Source of the DNA: an uncultured Gammaproteobacteria bacterium
GTDB taxonomy: Bacteria; Patescibacteriota; Patescibacteriia; UBA9570; XYC2-FULL-38-9
Direction of reading: 5' to 3'
Length of the DNA stretch: 60,385 nucleotides
NCBI GenBank assembly: GCA_964492735.1
Contig: CAZBLE010000006.1
Coordinates: forward strand, 1-60,385
The first letter of the stretch is position 1. Each line of letters begins with the position of its first letter. Positions 52,651 to 60,385 of the stretch are shown here, in pieces. The notes under the pieces are model-generated. The model saw only the letters and a program-made list of their open reading frames with translations. It was not told where the DNA came from and did not search any database. A program made the translations under genes and the position numbers.

Positions 52651-54843
52651 TTATGCAGCTTTTTGTTGCTCATTATTTTCTGACTGTGCAATAGAATTTT
52701 GTACTTTGCCCATCAATAAATCTAAACGATATTTTACGTTACGTAATTCACGAATGAGTGTTTGACTTGTTTGCAGTAGCATTAAGTTTGTTAGTTGCTC
52801 ATCAATTGTTTTGAGGCTTTTGTTGACTAGCTCTAATGACTCTGCATCATCTGGTAGTTCTTGGTCCAATTCTTCACCTGCAGTACGCAGCATACGTAAA
52901 TCAAAATAGGCAAGTAGTTCGCCAAATTCACTTTCGAATTCCGCCATCATCGTTGGCTTGAATTCTGTAACCCGATTGAGGCGATAGATAAACTGTCCGA
53001 CAATCGATTCAAAGTCTGGTGGGAAAATATGAGGTAGTCCTTCTAAGCGACGTGTTGTTACTTCTTTTTGTAACTTACTCATTTCTTCAGAAAAGTGGCG
53101 CGTTTGATTCTTCCACGTTTCTGTAAGCGCTGTTTCAGCGGCAACACTTGCGACCGCGCCAAATAGTTGCTCGCCAATAACTTCTTCTGCAGTTTCTTCC
53201 TCTTCTTCGGTGTCAGGGTGCTCCACTTTCCATTGATCAAAAGCATCGCGTTGTTTCTCTATCTCAGGAATGAGATCAAGGACTGCTTGGAAAAGCTCTC
53301 GCTGACTTTCTTCAATAATGACGCCGGCTTTTGAGAATGTTCCCTCAGCAGATAGGCGATCAAGAAGAGAAGTGAAGAGATCAGTTAATGACTGTGTGTC
53401 TGCAACTTTGAAGATAGGCTCCATTGTTTTAAAGACAGTTCGTAGGGCGCTGTAGTCTGTGCCCGTTGTGTCATTCAAAAAACTCATGAATTGTTTGAGC
53501 TCCTTCACTTGATCAATGGTTGTTCTGCCGTCTTCTTGGTTTTCGATAGGTTCATTTTTTTCGTTGAATGCAGTGTTGTTAATAGCATTCACGTCTACTG
53601 CGGCAGTGTAGCTATCGATTGTATTTGCTGGTGTAGGGTTTGTTTCTATTTCTGTCGCTGTAGTATTTTCTGGTACAGCATTTGCGGTCGTTGCCTCAGG
53701 AGTTGGGTTTGTTTGACCAGTGATACTATACCAGTCTTGTAGAAGTTTCTGATTATTTTCTGTAAAGAGTGCAAGCGCATTAGCTGCCTCAAGAAGATGT
53801 GTATCTGCTGAAGTCATCCGAACGCCAGCGCGTTCAAAGTCATATCCAGATTGTACTGTTTCAAGAATTTTTGTAATTGCTTCAGAAATACTGTAGCCAG
53901 AAATTGAATCAAAGACAGGTCGCAAGTGTTCAATTATATCAAGACCTGCAAGCATTTGTTCACGTTGTGCGCTTGTTGCTGTGTCTTTTGTTTGTATAAA
54001 TAGGTACTCTGCCGCAATTTCAATTTGACCAACAGGATTTGCTGGAAAGTTTGTTTCAGCCGCAGCTTTTTTTTCAGTGAGCGCATTTGCATGCCAAGAT
54101 TGTAATGTGTCCGCATGTGTTTCTGTGTATGTTGCAATTTCCAGTGCTGCGTCAATCATTTTTATAGAGTAGGGGGTGATGACAACGTCTTCTTCTGAAA
54201 AGGTATTGCCATTGAGAAGTGTTTCAAGAATACCTTCAAGACGTTCTCTGACTGAAGTAGTATTTTCACCTTCTGTTAATGGGCGAATGCGATACAACAT
54301 ATCCAGGCCAGCAAGAAGTTGGGTTTTGGTTTTTTCTGTTGCAGAATTTGCAGCATCAGAAAAAAAATATTCAACAGCTAATTCAGATTGGCCAATGGCA
54401 TCAGTTGGAAAGCCTGGAGATTGTTCAGTGGATATTTCTGGGCTATTTTGCCATTTGAGAAATTCAACCTTGTCTTCACGAGCAAGTTCGATTAATTGTA
54501 ACGCACGCTGAATTGCAGGATCATCTTCTGGTTTAATCGAAAGAGTATCACGTTCAAATGATGCGCCTGTTTTAAGTGTATTGTGAATTTCTGCAAGTTT
54601 TGCATAAATACCTACTTCGCCTTCAGTTGCAAACACGGGCCAGAGGCGTTGCAATAACTGCCCAACTTCTTGGTAGTCTTCAGATTGAAACATGTCATCT
54701 GCCGCAGCTCGAGTTTGTCGAAAATTGATATATGCATCTAGCGTCTCTGCTCCAACATCTGCTGGGAGAAATTGTGGTTGTTCTGGTTCGCGTTCTTGTG
54801 GTCCACCTTGTGGAAATGCGTAGACGTTATTTTCGTATGTCAT
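52651..54843 (-). CDS. Large acidic hypothetical protein (730 aa) with four internal repeats of about 110 aa and a C-terminal coiled coil
   Basis: Repeats are anchored by FP(T/A)D/NxxGQxExAxEY...LAGLDxxxxxRP...FE/SxxxV...LQxW. No family recognised. Confidence 0.6.
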   Translation of the reverse strand: MTYENNVYAFPQGGPQEREPEQPQFLPADVGAETLDAYINFRQTRAAADDMFQSEDYQEVGQLLQRLWPVFATEGEVGIYAKLAEIHNTLKTGASFERDTLSIKPEDDPAIQRALQLIELAREDKVEFLKWQNSPEISTEQSPGFPTDAIGQSELAVEYFFSDAANSATEKTKTQLLAGLDMLYRIRPLTEGENTTSVRERLEGILETLLNGNTFSEEDVVITPYSIKMIDAALEIATYTETHADTLQSWHANALTEKKAAAETNFPANPVGQIEIAAEYLFIQTKDTATSAQREQMLAGLDIIEHLRPVFDSISGYSISEAITKILETVQSGYDFERAGVRMTSADTHLLEAANALALFTENNQKLLQDWYSITGQTNPTPEATTANAVPENTTATEIETNPTPANTIDSYTAAVDVNAINNTAFNEKNEPIENQEDGRTTIDQVKELKQFMSFLNDTTGTDYSALRTVFKTMEPIFKVADTQSLTDLFTSLLDRLSAEGTFSKAGVIIEESQRELFQAVLDLIPEIEKQRDAFDQWKVEHPDTEEEEETAEEVIGEQLFGAVASVAAETALTETWKNQTRHFSEEMSKLQKEVTTRRLEGLPHIFPPDFESIVGQFIYRLNRVTEFKPTMMAEFESEFGELLAYFDLRMLRTAGEELDQELPDDAESLELVNKSLKTIDEQLTNLMLLQTSQTLIRELRNVKYRLDLLMGKVQNSIAQSENNEQQKAA

Positions 54844-55059
54844 ATAGACATTTAATCAAATTTTTGTTATTTGCGCCACAGGCTTGTCGAATGTTTGATT
54901 TTTTAGTATAACGAACAGGTCTAACAACGCCTTGTCTGTCCACGAGCGCTTACATGAAATGGTCACGCGGTTTGATGAAAAGCGTGCATGTTAAGAGTAA
55001 TGACTGTGCAGAACGTTACAACCGGCCAAGACGCTGGTTTATTTTTAATATAAAAAAAT

Positions 55060-57669
55060 ATGAATAATGCACATACCAAACAAGCACAAGAGGTGTTGCA
55101 ACAGATTGATGTAGAAGAACACAAGGGTCTTCCAAGTGATCGTGTTTCTGCGCAGCGTGAGCAGCATGGTAGAAATGTGTTACCAGAAGGCAAGAAAGTG
55201 CGCTGGTATCAGCGTTTTGCCAAACAGTTTATGGATATTTTTGTTGCGATTTTATTACTCGCAGCCATTGTTGCGTATATTGCAGGTGACATAAAGGATG
55301 CTGTTATTATTGGGATTATTATTTTGCTCAATGCACTCTTTGGATTTGCGCAAGAGCAAAAAGCCGAACAAGCAATTGCGGCGTTGCAAGCCTTGTCACA
55401 AGATGCTGCGACAGTATTGCGTGATGGCGTGACTGCGCGCATTCCGGTTGCAGATATTGTTGTAGGAGATATATTGCTGCTTGAGTCAGGTGATGCAATT
55501 GCGGCTGATGCTCGATTGCTTACTCAAATACAATTACGGGTGAGCGAATCAGCGCTGACTGGTGAATCACAGGCAGTGAGTAAAAATGCAGATGAGATTG
55601 TTGGGGCCGAGGTGCCGTTGGGTGATCGTGTGAACATGGTATATAAAGATACAAATATTGTAGAAGGACGCGCAACAGCGGTCGTTGTGGCCGTGGGAGC
55701 AGATACCGAAGTGGGTAAAATTTCAACACTCTTACAACAGACAATTGAACGCAAGACACCACTTGAACAAGAGTTACATCGGATTGGAACATGGCTCACA
55801 GGCTTTGCGATAGTCTCCGCCGGTGTTATTTTTGTTAGCCTTGCAGTTCGTGGAGGCTCTATTGATTCAGCCGCGCTCACAGCTATTTCTTTGGCTGTAG
55901 CAGTTGTGCCAGAAGGCATTCCGGCTGTTGTGACGACAGTGTTAGCAATTTCTGTTGCTCGACTCGCAAAACATAATGCAATTATCCGTAAGCTTTCTGC
56001 CGTAGAAACACTGGGAGCTATTTCTGCAATTCTTACAGACAAAACAGGCACACTGACAAAAAATGAAATGACTGTTGTGCGTGTCGCACGTGGTGAGACA
56101 GGGGTGGATATTCCTGCTACGGACACAACAGATGAATTATTGTGGGTGCTCAGGGCAGCGGTGTTGTGTAATAACGCTTCTCTTCAAGATGATGGTAATC
56201 ACATTGGGGATCCAACCGAAACGTGTTTATTAGTGGCTGCTGAGCAAGCGGGCATTCAGATTGCAGACACTGCGGCAGCATACCCAAGGATTGCGGAGTT
56301 GCCATTTAATTCAGAAACAAAACGGATGATTGTCGCTGTGAATGATACAGTCACTGGTGATGTGATATGTATCGCGAAGGGTGCGCACGAATCTGTGGTT
56401 GCATTGTGTGGTGATTCTGTAACACCTGATATGCATGCTGTGGCAACAGCAGAGGCTGCAGCAGGAAAGCGATTTTTAGCATATGCAATGGCACGTATTC
56501 CAAAAGAGACACATGCAAAAACCAATATTGAAACATTATTGACTGATGTTGCGTATGAATATATCGGTAGCACGTCAGCGATTGATCCATTGCGAGACGA
56601 GGTGATTGCTGCTGTCCAAGAGGCAAAACGAGCAGGTATTCGCAGTATCATGATTACTGGAGATCACCGTCTTATTGCAACAACAATTGGGAAGCAGCTC
56701 GGAATTATCTCTTCTGATGCAGAAGTGCGTGATGGGGCAGAGCTTGCTTCTGTGTCTGATGCTGATTTTGTCGCAATGCTTGAGACAGTTTCTGTGTTTT
56801 CACGCGTTTCGCCTGAGCAAAAATTGCACATTGTGAAAGCAATGCAGCGTCGTGGAAATATCGTTGCAGTGACAGGTGATGGGGTGAATGATGCGCCAGC
56901 AATAAAAACAGCAAACATTGGCGTTGCCATGGGAGTGACCGGCACAGATGTTACAAAACAGGTTGCAGATATGGTGTTAAAAGATGATAATTATGCAACG
57001 ATTGTGGAGGCAGTTCGACAAGGTCGTGGCATTTTTCAAAACTTCATTAGCTTTTTGCGATATCAAATTTCTTGTAACGTTTCTGGTGTGATTACAGTCT
57101 TTGCAGTGGTCATTGCAGGGTTTCCCGCACCATTACTACCAATCCATATCTTACTCCTTAATCTTGCTTCAGAAACTGGTCCGTCAATCGCGCTTGGGTT
57201 AGAAAAAGCGCCGCATGACACAATGGCGACACCGCCACGTAACAGCGAGGAGTCACTGCTGTCTCGTGATCGTCTTATTGGGATTGCGTGGGAAGCGATT
57301 GTAATGGCTGCAGTTGCGATTGCTGCATATCTTTTAACAGAGCCGCTTGGACAAAGTATTGCGACAACCGCCACCTTAACAACTGCTTTTTTGTCTCGCT
57401 TGTGGCACTCGTGGAGTAGTCGTGTTCATGAACGCTCAATATTTTCTCGATCATTGTTTTCGAACACAGCGCTACTGTGGGTTGTTGGGCTAACCATTCT
57501 TGGGTATGTTGCGGCATTTGCATTACCAGTTGTTCGTACAGCGTTAAAAATTACGCTATTACCATTAGATGTGCTTGCGCAATCAGTTGCATTGTCTTTT
57601 GTTTCTATTGTGGTGATTGAACTTGGAAAAATAGTGTTGCGTACTCGCACGCAAGGTGAGTCATCCTAG
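55060..57669 (+). CDS. P-type cation-transporting ATPase (P2A, Ca2+-ATPase-like)
   Basis: Cation_ATPase_N-like start, TGES, PEGIPAVVT, DKTGTLT, TGDGVNDAPA. Confidence 0.9.
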   Translation: MNNAHTKQAQEVLQQIDVEEHKGLPSDRVSAQREQHGRNVLPEGKKVRWYQRFAKQFMDIFVAILLLAAIVAYIAGDIKDAVIIGIIILLNALFGFAQEQKAEQAIAALQALSQDAATVLRDGVTARIPVADIVVGDILLLESGDAIAADARLLTQIQLRVSESALTGESQAVSKNADEIVGAEVPLGDRVNMVYKDTNIVEGRATAVVVAVGADTEVGKISTLLQQTIERKTPLEQELHRIGTWLTGFAIVSAGVIFVSLAVRGGSIDSAALTAISLAVAVVPEGIPAVVTTVLAISVARLAKHNAIIRKLSAVETLGAISAILTDKTGTLTKNEMTVVRVARGETGVDIPATDTTDELLWVLRAAVLCNNASLQDDGNHIGDPTETCLLVAAEQAGIQIADTAAAYPRIAELPFNSETKRMIVAVNDTVTGDVICIAKGAHESVVALCGDSVTPDMHAVATAEAAAGKRFLAYAMARIPKETHAKTNIETLLTDVAYEYIGSTSAIDPLRDEVIAAVQEAKRAGIRSIMITGDHRLIATTIGKQLGIISSDAEVRDGAELASVSDADFVAMLETVSVFSRVSPEQKLHIVKAMQRRGNIVAVTGDGVNDAPAIKTANIGVAMGVTGTDVTKQVADMVLKDDNYATIVEAVRQGRGIFQNFISFLRYQISCNVSGVITVFAVVIAGFPAPLLPIHILLLNLASETGPSIALGLEKAPHDTMATPPRNSEESLLSRDRLIGIAWEAIVMAAVAIAAYLLTEPLGQSIATTATLTTAFLSRLWHSWSSRVHERSIFSRSLFSNTALLWVVGLTILGYVAAFALPVVRTALKITLLPLDVLAQSVALSFVSIVVIELGKIVLRTRTQGESS

Positions 57670-57701
57670 GGAATTATCCAGAAGATTGGTATACTCCAAT
57701 A

Positions 57702-58277
57702 ATGAATTATTCTCGTCGGTTACTCGCAATTTCGTGGGTGGTATTTGCTGCAATTGTTGTTGCATTAATTGTATTTGATGCGGTGACAGCAATTATTCTG
57801 TCGTATAGCGTCATGTGGCTCTTTGCGCTCGCTACGCGCCAACGAGAGTTGTCTGTGCGCATCGGTATTGGCTCGGTCATCGCATTGGGTTGGATGTTGA
57901 TTGCGAAAGGAGAGTATGGATATGCAAATCATTCTGTTGCAGTCTATGGTTTTAATATATTTCCATTACTCGCTATCCCAAGTGCATTGGTCGCATTTTT
58001 TCTGATATATGAAACAATCACACTGTGGTTGAAGCCAAAGACGGCTGCGCTAGATTGGCTGCTTGTTATCGTGCTGGATGTGCTACTCGTAACAGTGATG
58101 GAATTTATTGGGTATCACATCTTTCAAATTCAAAATCTCGCGACAAGTCAGTATTCAGGTTTTGTGTGGTGTAATTGTTTTCACGCACCATGGTGGATGC
58201 AGTTGTCGTATTACAGTTTCCCGATTCTATTTTTCGCAGCATTTCGGTTTGTGCAAAAACACTATCTACGCAAATAA
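57702..58277 (+). CDS. hypothetical multi-pass membrane protein (191 aa)
   Basis: Five or six hydrophobic segments. No family recognised. Confidence 0.5.
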   Translation: MNYSRRLLAISWVVFAAIVVALIVFDAVTAIILSYSVMWLFALATRQRELSVRIGIGSVIALGWMLIAKGEYGYANHSVAVYGFNIFPLLAIPSALVAFFLIYETITLWLKPKTAALDWLLVIVLDVLLVTVMEFIGYHIFQIQNLATSQYSGFVWCNCFHAPWWMQLSYYSFPILFFAAFRFVQKHYLRK

Positions 58278-58304
58278 AAAGAGCTGCGTGATGCAGCTCT
58301 TTTA
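58276..58304. terminator. Bidirectional intrinsic terminator
   Basis: AAAAAGAGCTGC-gtgat-GCAGCTCTTTT. Confidence 0.8.
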
Positions 58305-58326
58305 CGCAGATAATAAGGAAGTGTGC

Positions 58327-58755
58327 TTACATCCAAAGTCCAATCACAAGCGCCATTGCAGTGAGAGTGACGACTTGGCAGGCAGCTTGAATACTGATTT
58401 GTTTCCATAGTACTTCACGACTCACGCCAGACCACATGACCGCACCAATGAGAGTTGGGAAGACAATACCAATGAGAGCCCACCAGATGATTTCATATGG
58501 ACTACCTTGTGCTTGTAAGGCGAGCTGCATAAAATGAGCGAGTACATATGCCTCAATGAATGTGATGATAAGTTGAATGATATACAGTGGACCAGCTTCT
58601 TGCGCCGCTGCTTTTTTTTCTGCATCAGAGCGCTTATTGAAGCCTGTGACAATCATCCATTGTTTTCGAAATAAGACGCTGTACCATAACGCGCCAATGA
58701 TGTACGCCACCACTGTTGCCGCGATGACAGATAAAATATTGATTTCGATATTCAT
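58327..58755 (-). CDS. DUF1761 membrane protein
   Basis: N-terminal ILSVIAATVVAYIIGALWYSVLFRKQW is typical of DUF1761. Confidence 0.65.
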   Translation of the reverse strand: MNIEINILSVIAATVVAYIIGALWYSVLFRKQWMIVTGFNKRSDAEKKAAAQEAGPLYIIQLIITFIEAYVLAHFMQLALQAQGSPYEIIWWALIGIVFPTLIGAVMWSGVSREVLWKQISIQAACQVVTLTAMALVIGLWM

Positions 58756-58826
58756 ATATATAAGGTTAATAATTTGTTTATTCTATTGTAGGTTTTGTCT
58801 GCTCGCTTGTCTATTGTTGATGGACT

Positions 58827-59255
58827 TTATCTGACTTTTACCACAACACTCGCTGTGCGAGCGTCTCTTTGAAAATCGACAATCCGAGGATTTTTCCCGC
58901 CCTTTAGTCTTGCTAAATACTGCATTACGGTTCTTTCAATAGCCCCTCTGCCATTTCCAAAAATAATTCGAACACACTCACCTGGGTATGTGGCAAGTAA
59001 GTCATTAATTCCACTTTCAACATCTTCTGTGTAGTGCCCGTGAAAATCAACATGTGGTAAAGATTGATTCATTGTTGCGGCAAATAATTCAGTTTCGATT
59101 GTTTGCGGCTGCGTTAATTTTGCTCGTTCTGTTTCTGTACGCGCTGCCTGACGAGCTGCTTCTTTTTCTTCTTTACTCGGAGCTTGCCAAGAGTCTGCGC
59201 CAGACTGTGCTGGTGCAGGGTTCCTGCCAAAAGCTTTTTCACGTCCTCGTCCCAT
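58827..59255 (-). CDS. Smr-domain protein
   Basis: VDFHGHYTEDVESGINDLL...RIIFGNGRGAIERTVMQYL matches the Smr (MutS2 C-terminal) pattern. Confidence 0.7.
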   Translation of the reverse strand: MGRGREKAFGRNPAPAQSGADSWQAPSKEEKEAARQAARTETERAKLTQPQTIETELFAATMNQSLPHVDFHGHYTEDVESGINDLLATYPGECVRIIFGNGRGAIERTVMQYLARLKGGKNPRIVDFQRDARTASVVVKVR

Positions 59256-59272
59256 AAGATTTTTAATACTAA

Positions 59273-60325
59273 TTAATACTGAACCGTGATTGTTTTATTA
59301 ACCCCGTCAATGTGTATCATGCCACCATGGGGTACAATGAACATTGGATCAGTATGTCCAAAGTCCATATCAAAAATGATCGGAGCTTCAGGATTATACT
59401 CCGTCATTGCATTGATAATTTCTTCACGTTGCGCAGAGCGGAATACTTCTTTTTCATCTTCTGTTTTGTGTTCGCCTAGACTTTCTGCTTTTGCACGCCC
59501 AACCATTATGGCAGAAAACTGTTGAAGCATACCGCGTTCACCCATGCACATGAGTAAGCGTTTCACATATCCACTGCTCGGCATTTCTTCCGACGTTTCA
59601 AAATACAAAATGTTACCTTTTAGAGAATCAAGAGAAGGTAAGTAGATATTGGTTCGTAATTGAAAGTCGATAATTTCTAAACAGCCGCCCCATGCATTTC
59701 CTCTAACGATTTTTTCTTGGTTGTTGTACCATTCCCATTCTTTTGCAGGAGATAGAGGTCGAAATTTTGTGAGATTTTCAGGATTGCTCCAATCGAGATA
59801 GCTGTCGCTATATTCTGCGGCAGGTTGAAGCGCCGTTTCGCCACCCTCAAATAAGGCTTTTCGTATATAGTTCACAGTGTACTCATCCATTGCGCCTGAT
59901 AGGCCGAATTGAGTTAGCACAGCAGGGCCAGAGTAGGTAACATATCCACCGATCTGATTGAGGAATAAACAGAGGTTTGTTGCATCGCTGTACCCCATAA
60001 AAATTTTGGGATTTGCTTTTACAATTTCAGTATCAAGGTATCGTAATACTGTAATTTGATCAGCTCCGCCAATAGAGCAAAAAATTGCCTTGATTTCAGG
60101 GTCTTGAAGAGCAGTGTGAATATCTTCGGCGCGCTCTTCTGGAGTAGAGGCTTTTCGGGTTGTTGGATATTCAATTGGTTCAAGTTCAAACACATCGCGA
60201 AGACGTTGAAGTCCCAATTCAAACTGATGTGTAAACATATTTACTGCCGCACCTCCGGAAGGTGAAAGTATCGCTACCTTGTCTCCACTCTGAAGTTTTT
60301 GTGGGTAGAATGATTTGGATTTCAT
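59273..60325 (-). CDS. S66-family LD-carboxypeptidase (LdcA/MccF-like)
   Basis: GDKVAILSPSG, nucleophile block MGYSDATNL, His block DFGHTDP. Confidence 0.8.
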   Translation of the reverse strand: MKSKSFYPQKLQSGDKVAILSPSGGAAVNMFTHQFELGLQRLRDVFELEPIEYPTTRKASTPEERAEDIHTALQDPEIKAIFCSIGGADQITVLRYLDTEIVKANPKIFMGYSDATNLCLFLNQIGGYVTYSGPAVLTQFGLSGAMDEYTVNYIRKALFEGGETALQPAAEYSDSYLDWSNPENLTKFRPLSPAKEWEWYNNQEKIVRGNAWGGCLEIIDFQLRTNIYLPSLDSLKGNILYFETSEEMPSSGYVKRLLMCMGERGMLQQFSAIMVGRAKAESLGEHKTEDEKEVFRSAQREEIINAMTEYNPEAPIIFDMDFGHTDPMFIVPHGGMIHIDGVNKTITVQY

Positions 60326-60342
60326 ATGATTTATATTAAATC

Positions 60343-60369
60343 AAAAAACTCGCGATAAAGCGAGTTTTT
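60343..60369. terminator. Intrinsic terminator-like hairpin flanked by A-runs and T-runs
   Basis: AAAAAACTCGC-gataaa-GCGAGTTTTT. It probably terminates a gene beyond the right edge of the window. Confidence 0.6.
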
Positions 60370-60385
60370 AAAATGGGTGCGGGAG

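Noticed and set aside
1-60385. Alternative genetic code (for example UGA or UAA reassignment, as in some CPR lineages).
   Set aside because: Conserved genes (topA, mfd, typA, ABC transporters) are full length under the standard code and end at TAA, TAG or TGA. The single in-frame TAA in the CNNM gene is isolated and is explained by a GAA to TAA point change.
1-60385. CRISPR arrays, transposases, integrases, rRNA genes and a parS site near parAB.
   Set aside because: No regularly spaced direct repeats and no transposase or integrase-like ORFs were seen. I could not find a full TGTTTCACGTGAAACA-like parS by eye, only half-site-like fragments such as those at 8873 and 32440. A pattern search should confirm this.

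Overview
This window is 60.4 kb of a compact bacterial chromosome with low GC (about 40% by eye) and the standard genetic code. It holds about 60 densely packed protein genes and two tRNAs on the minus strand: initiator Met-CAT and Leu-CAA. I found no rRNA, CRISPR array, transposase or integrase. The housekeeping backbone is parA-parB, a short rel, topA, folC, dprA, a Nudix gene, queG, mfd, a DEAD-box helicase with an RRM protein, typA, HU, two ABC exporters, an ABC-F ATPase, a P-type ATPase and ccdA. The many orphan secreted and membrane proteins, the truncated Rel and the heliorhodopsin fit a small-genome monoderm lineage such as Patescibacteria/CPR, but that is inference only. The main points for follow-up are: (1) A left-end accessory island (1-6430) carries two tandem ParB-type DNA methyltransferases and a tightly coupled operon of LexA-like S24 repressor, DUF2188, DUF2130 (coiled coil plus PD-(D/E)xK-like domain) and a SIR2-like DUF4917 protein. 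This is the best candidate for an undescribed inducible defence module. (2) A heliorhodopsin gene (15092-15874) is followed 11 nt later by a secreted seven-blade propeller protein with a Cys pair in most blades. (3) A NOX-like ferric-reductase/FNR membrane oxidoreductase sits next to two exported cytochrome b5-domain proteins. (4) Two GC-rich islands of about 250 bp each encode a 59-codon, very basic ORF preceded by a Shine-Dalgarno sequence. (5) A CNNM/DUF21 gene has an in-frame TAA at a conserved Glu, and the NOX-like gene has an apparent frameshift at a T-run. (6) A -10 hexamer lies 6-9 nt upstream of the ATG at six genes, a geometry typical of leaderless mRNAs.
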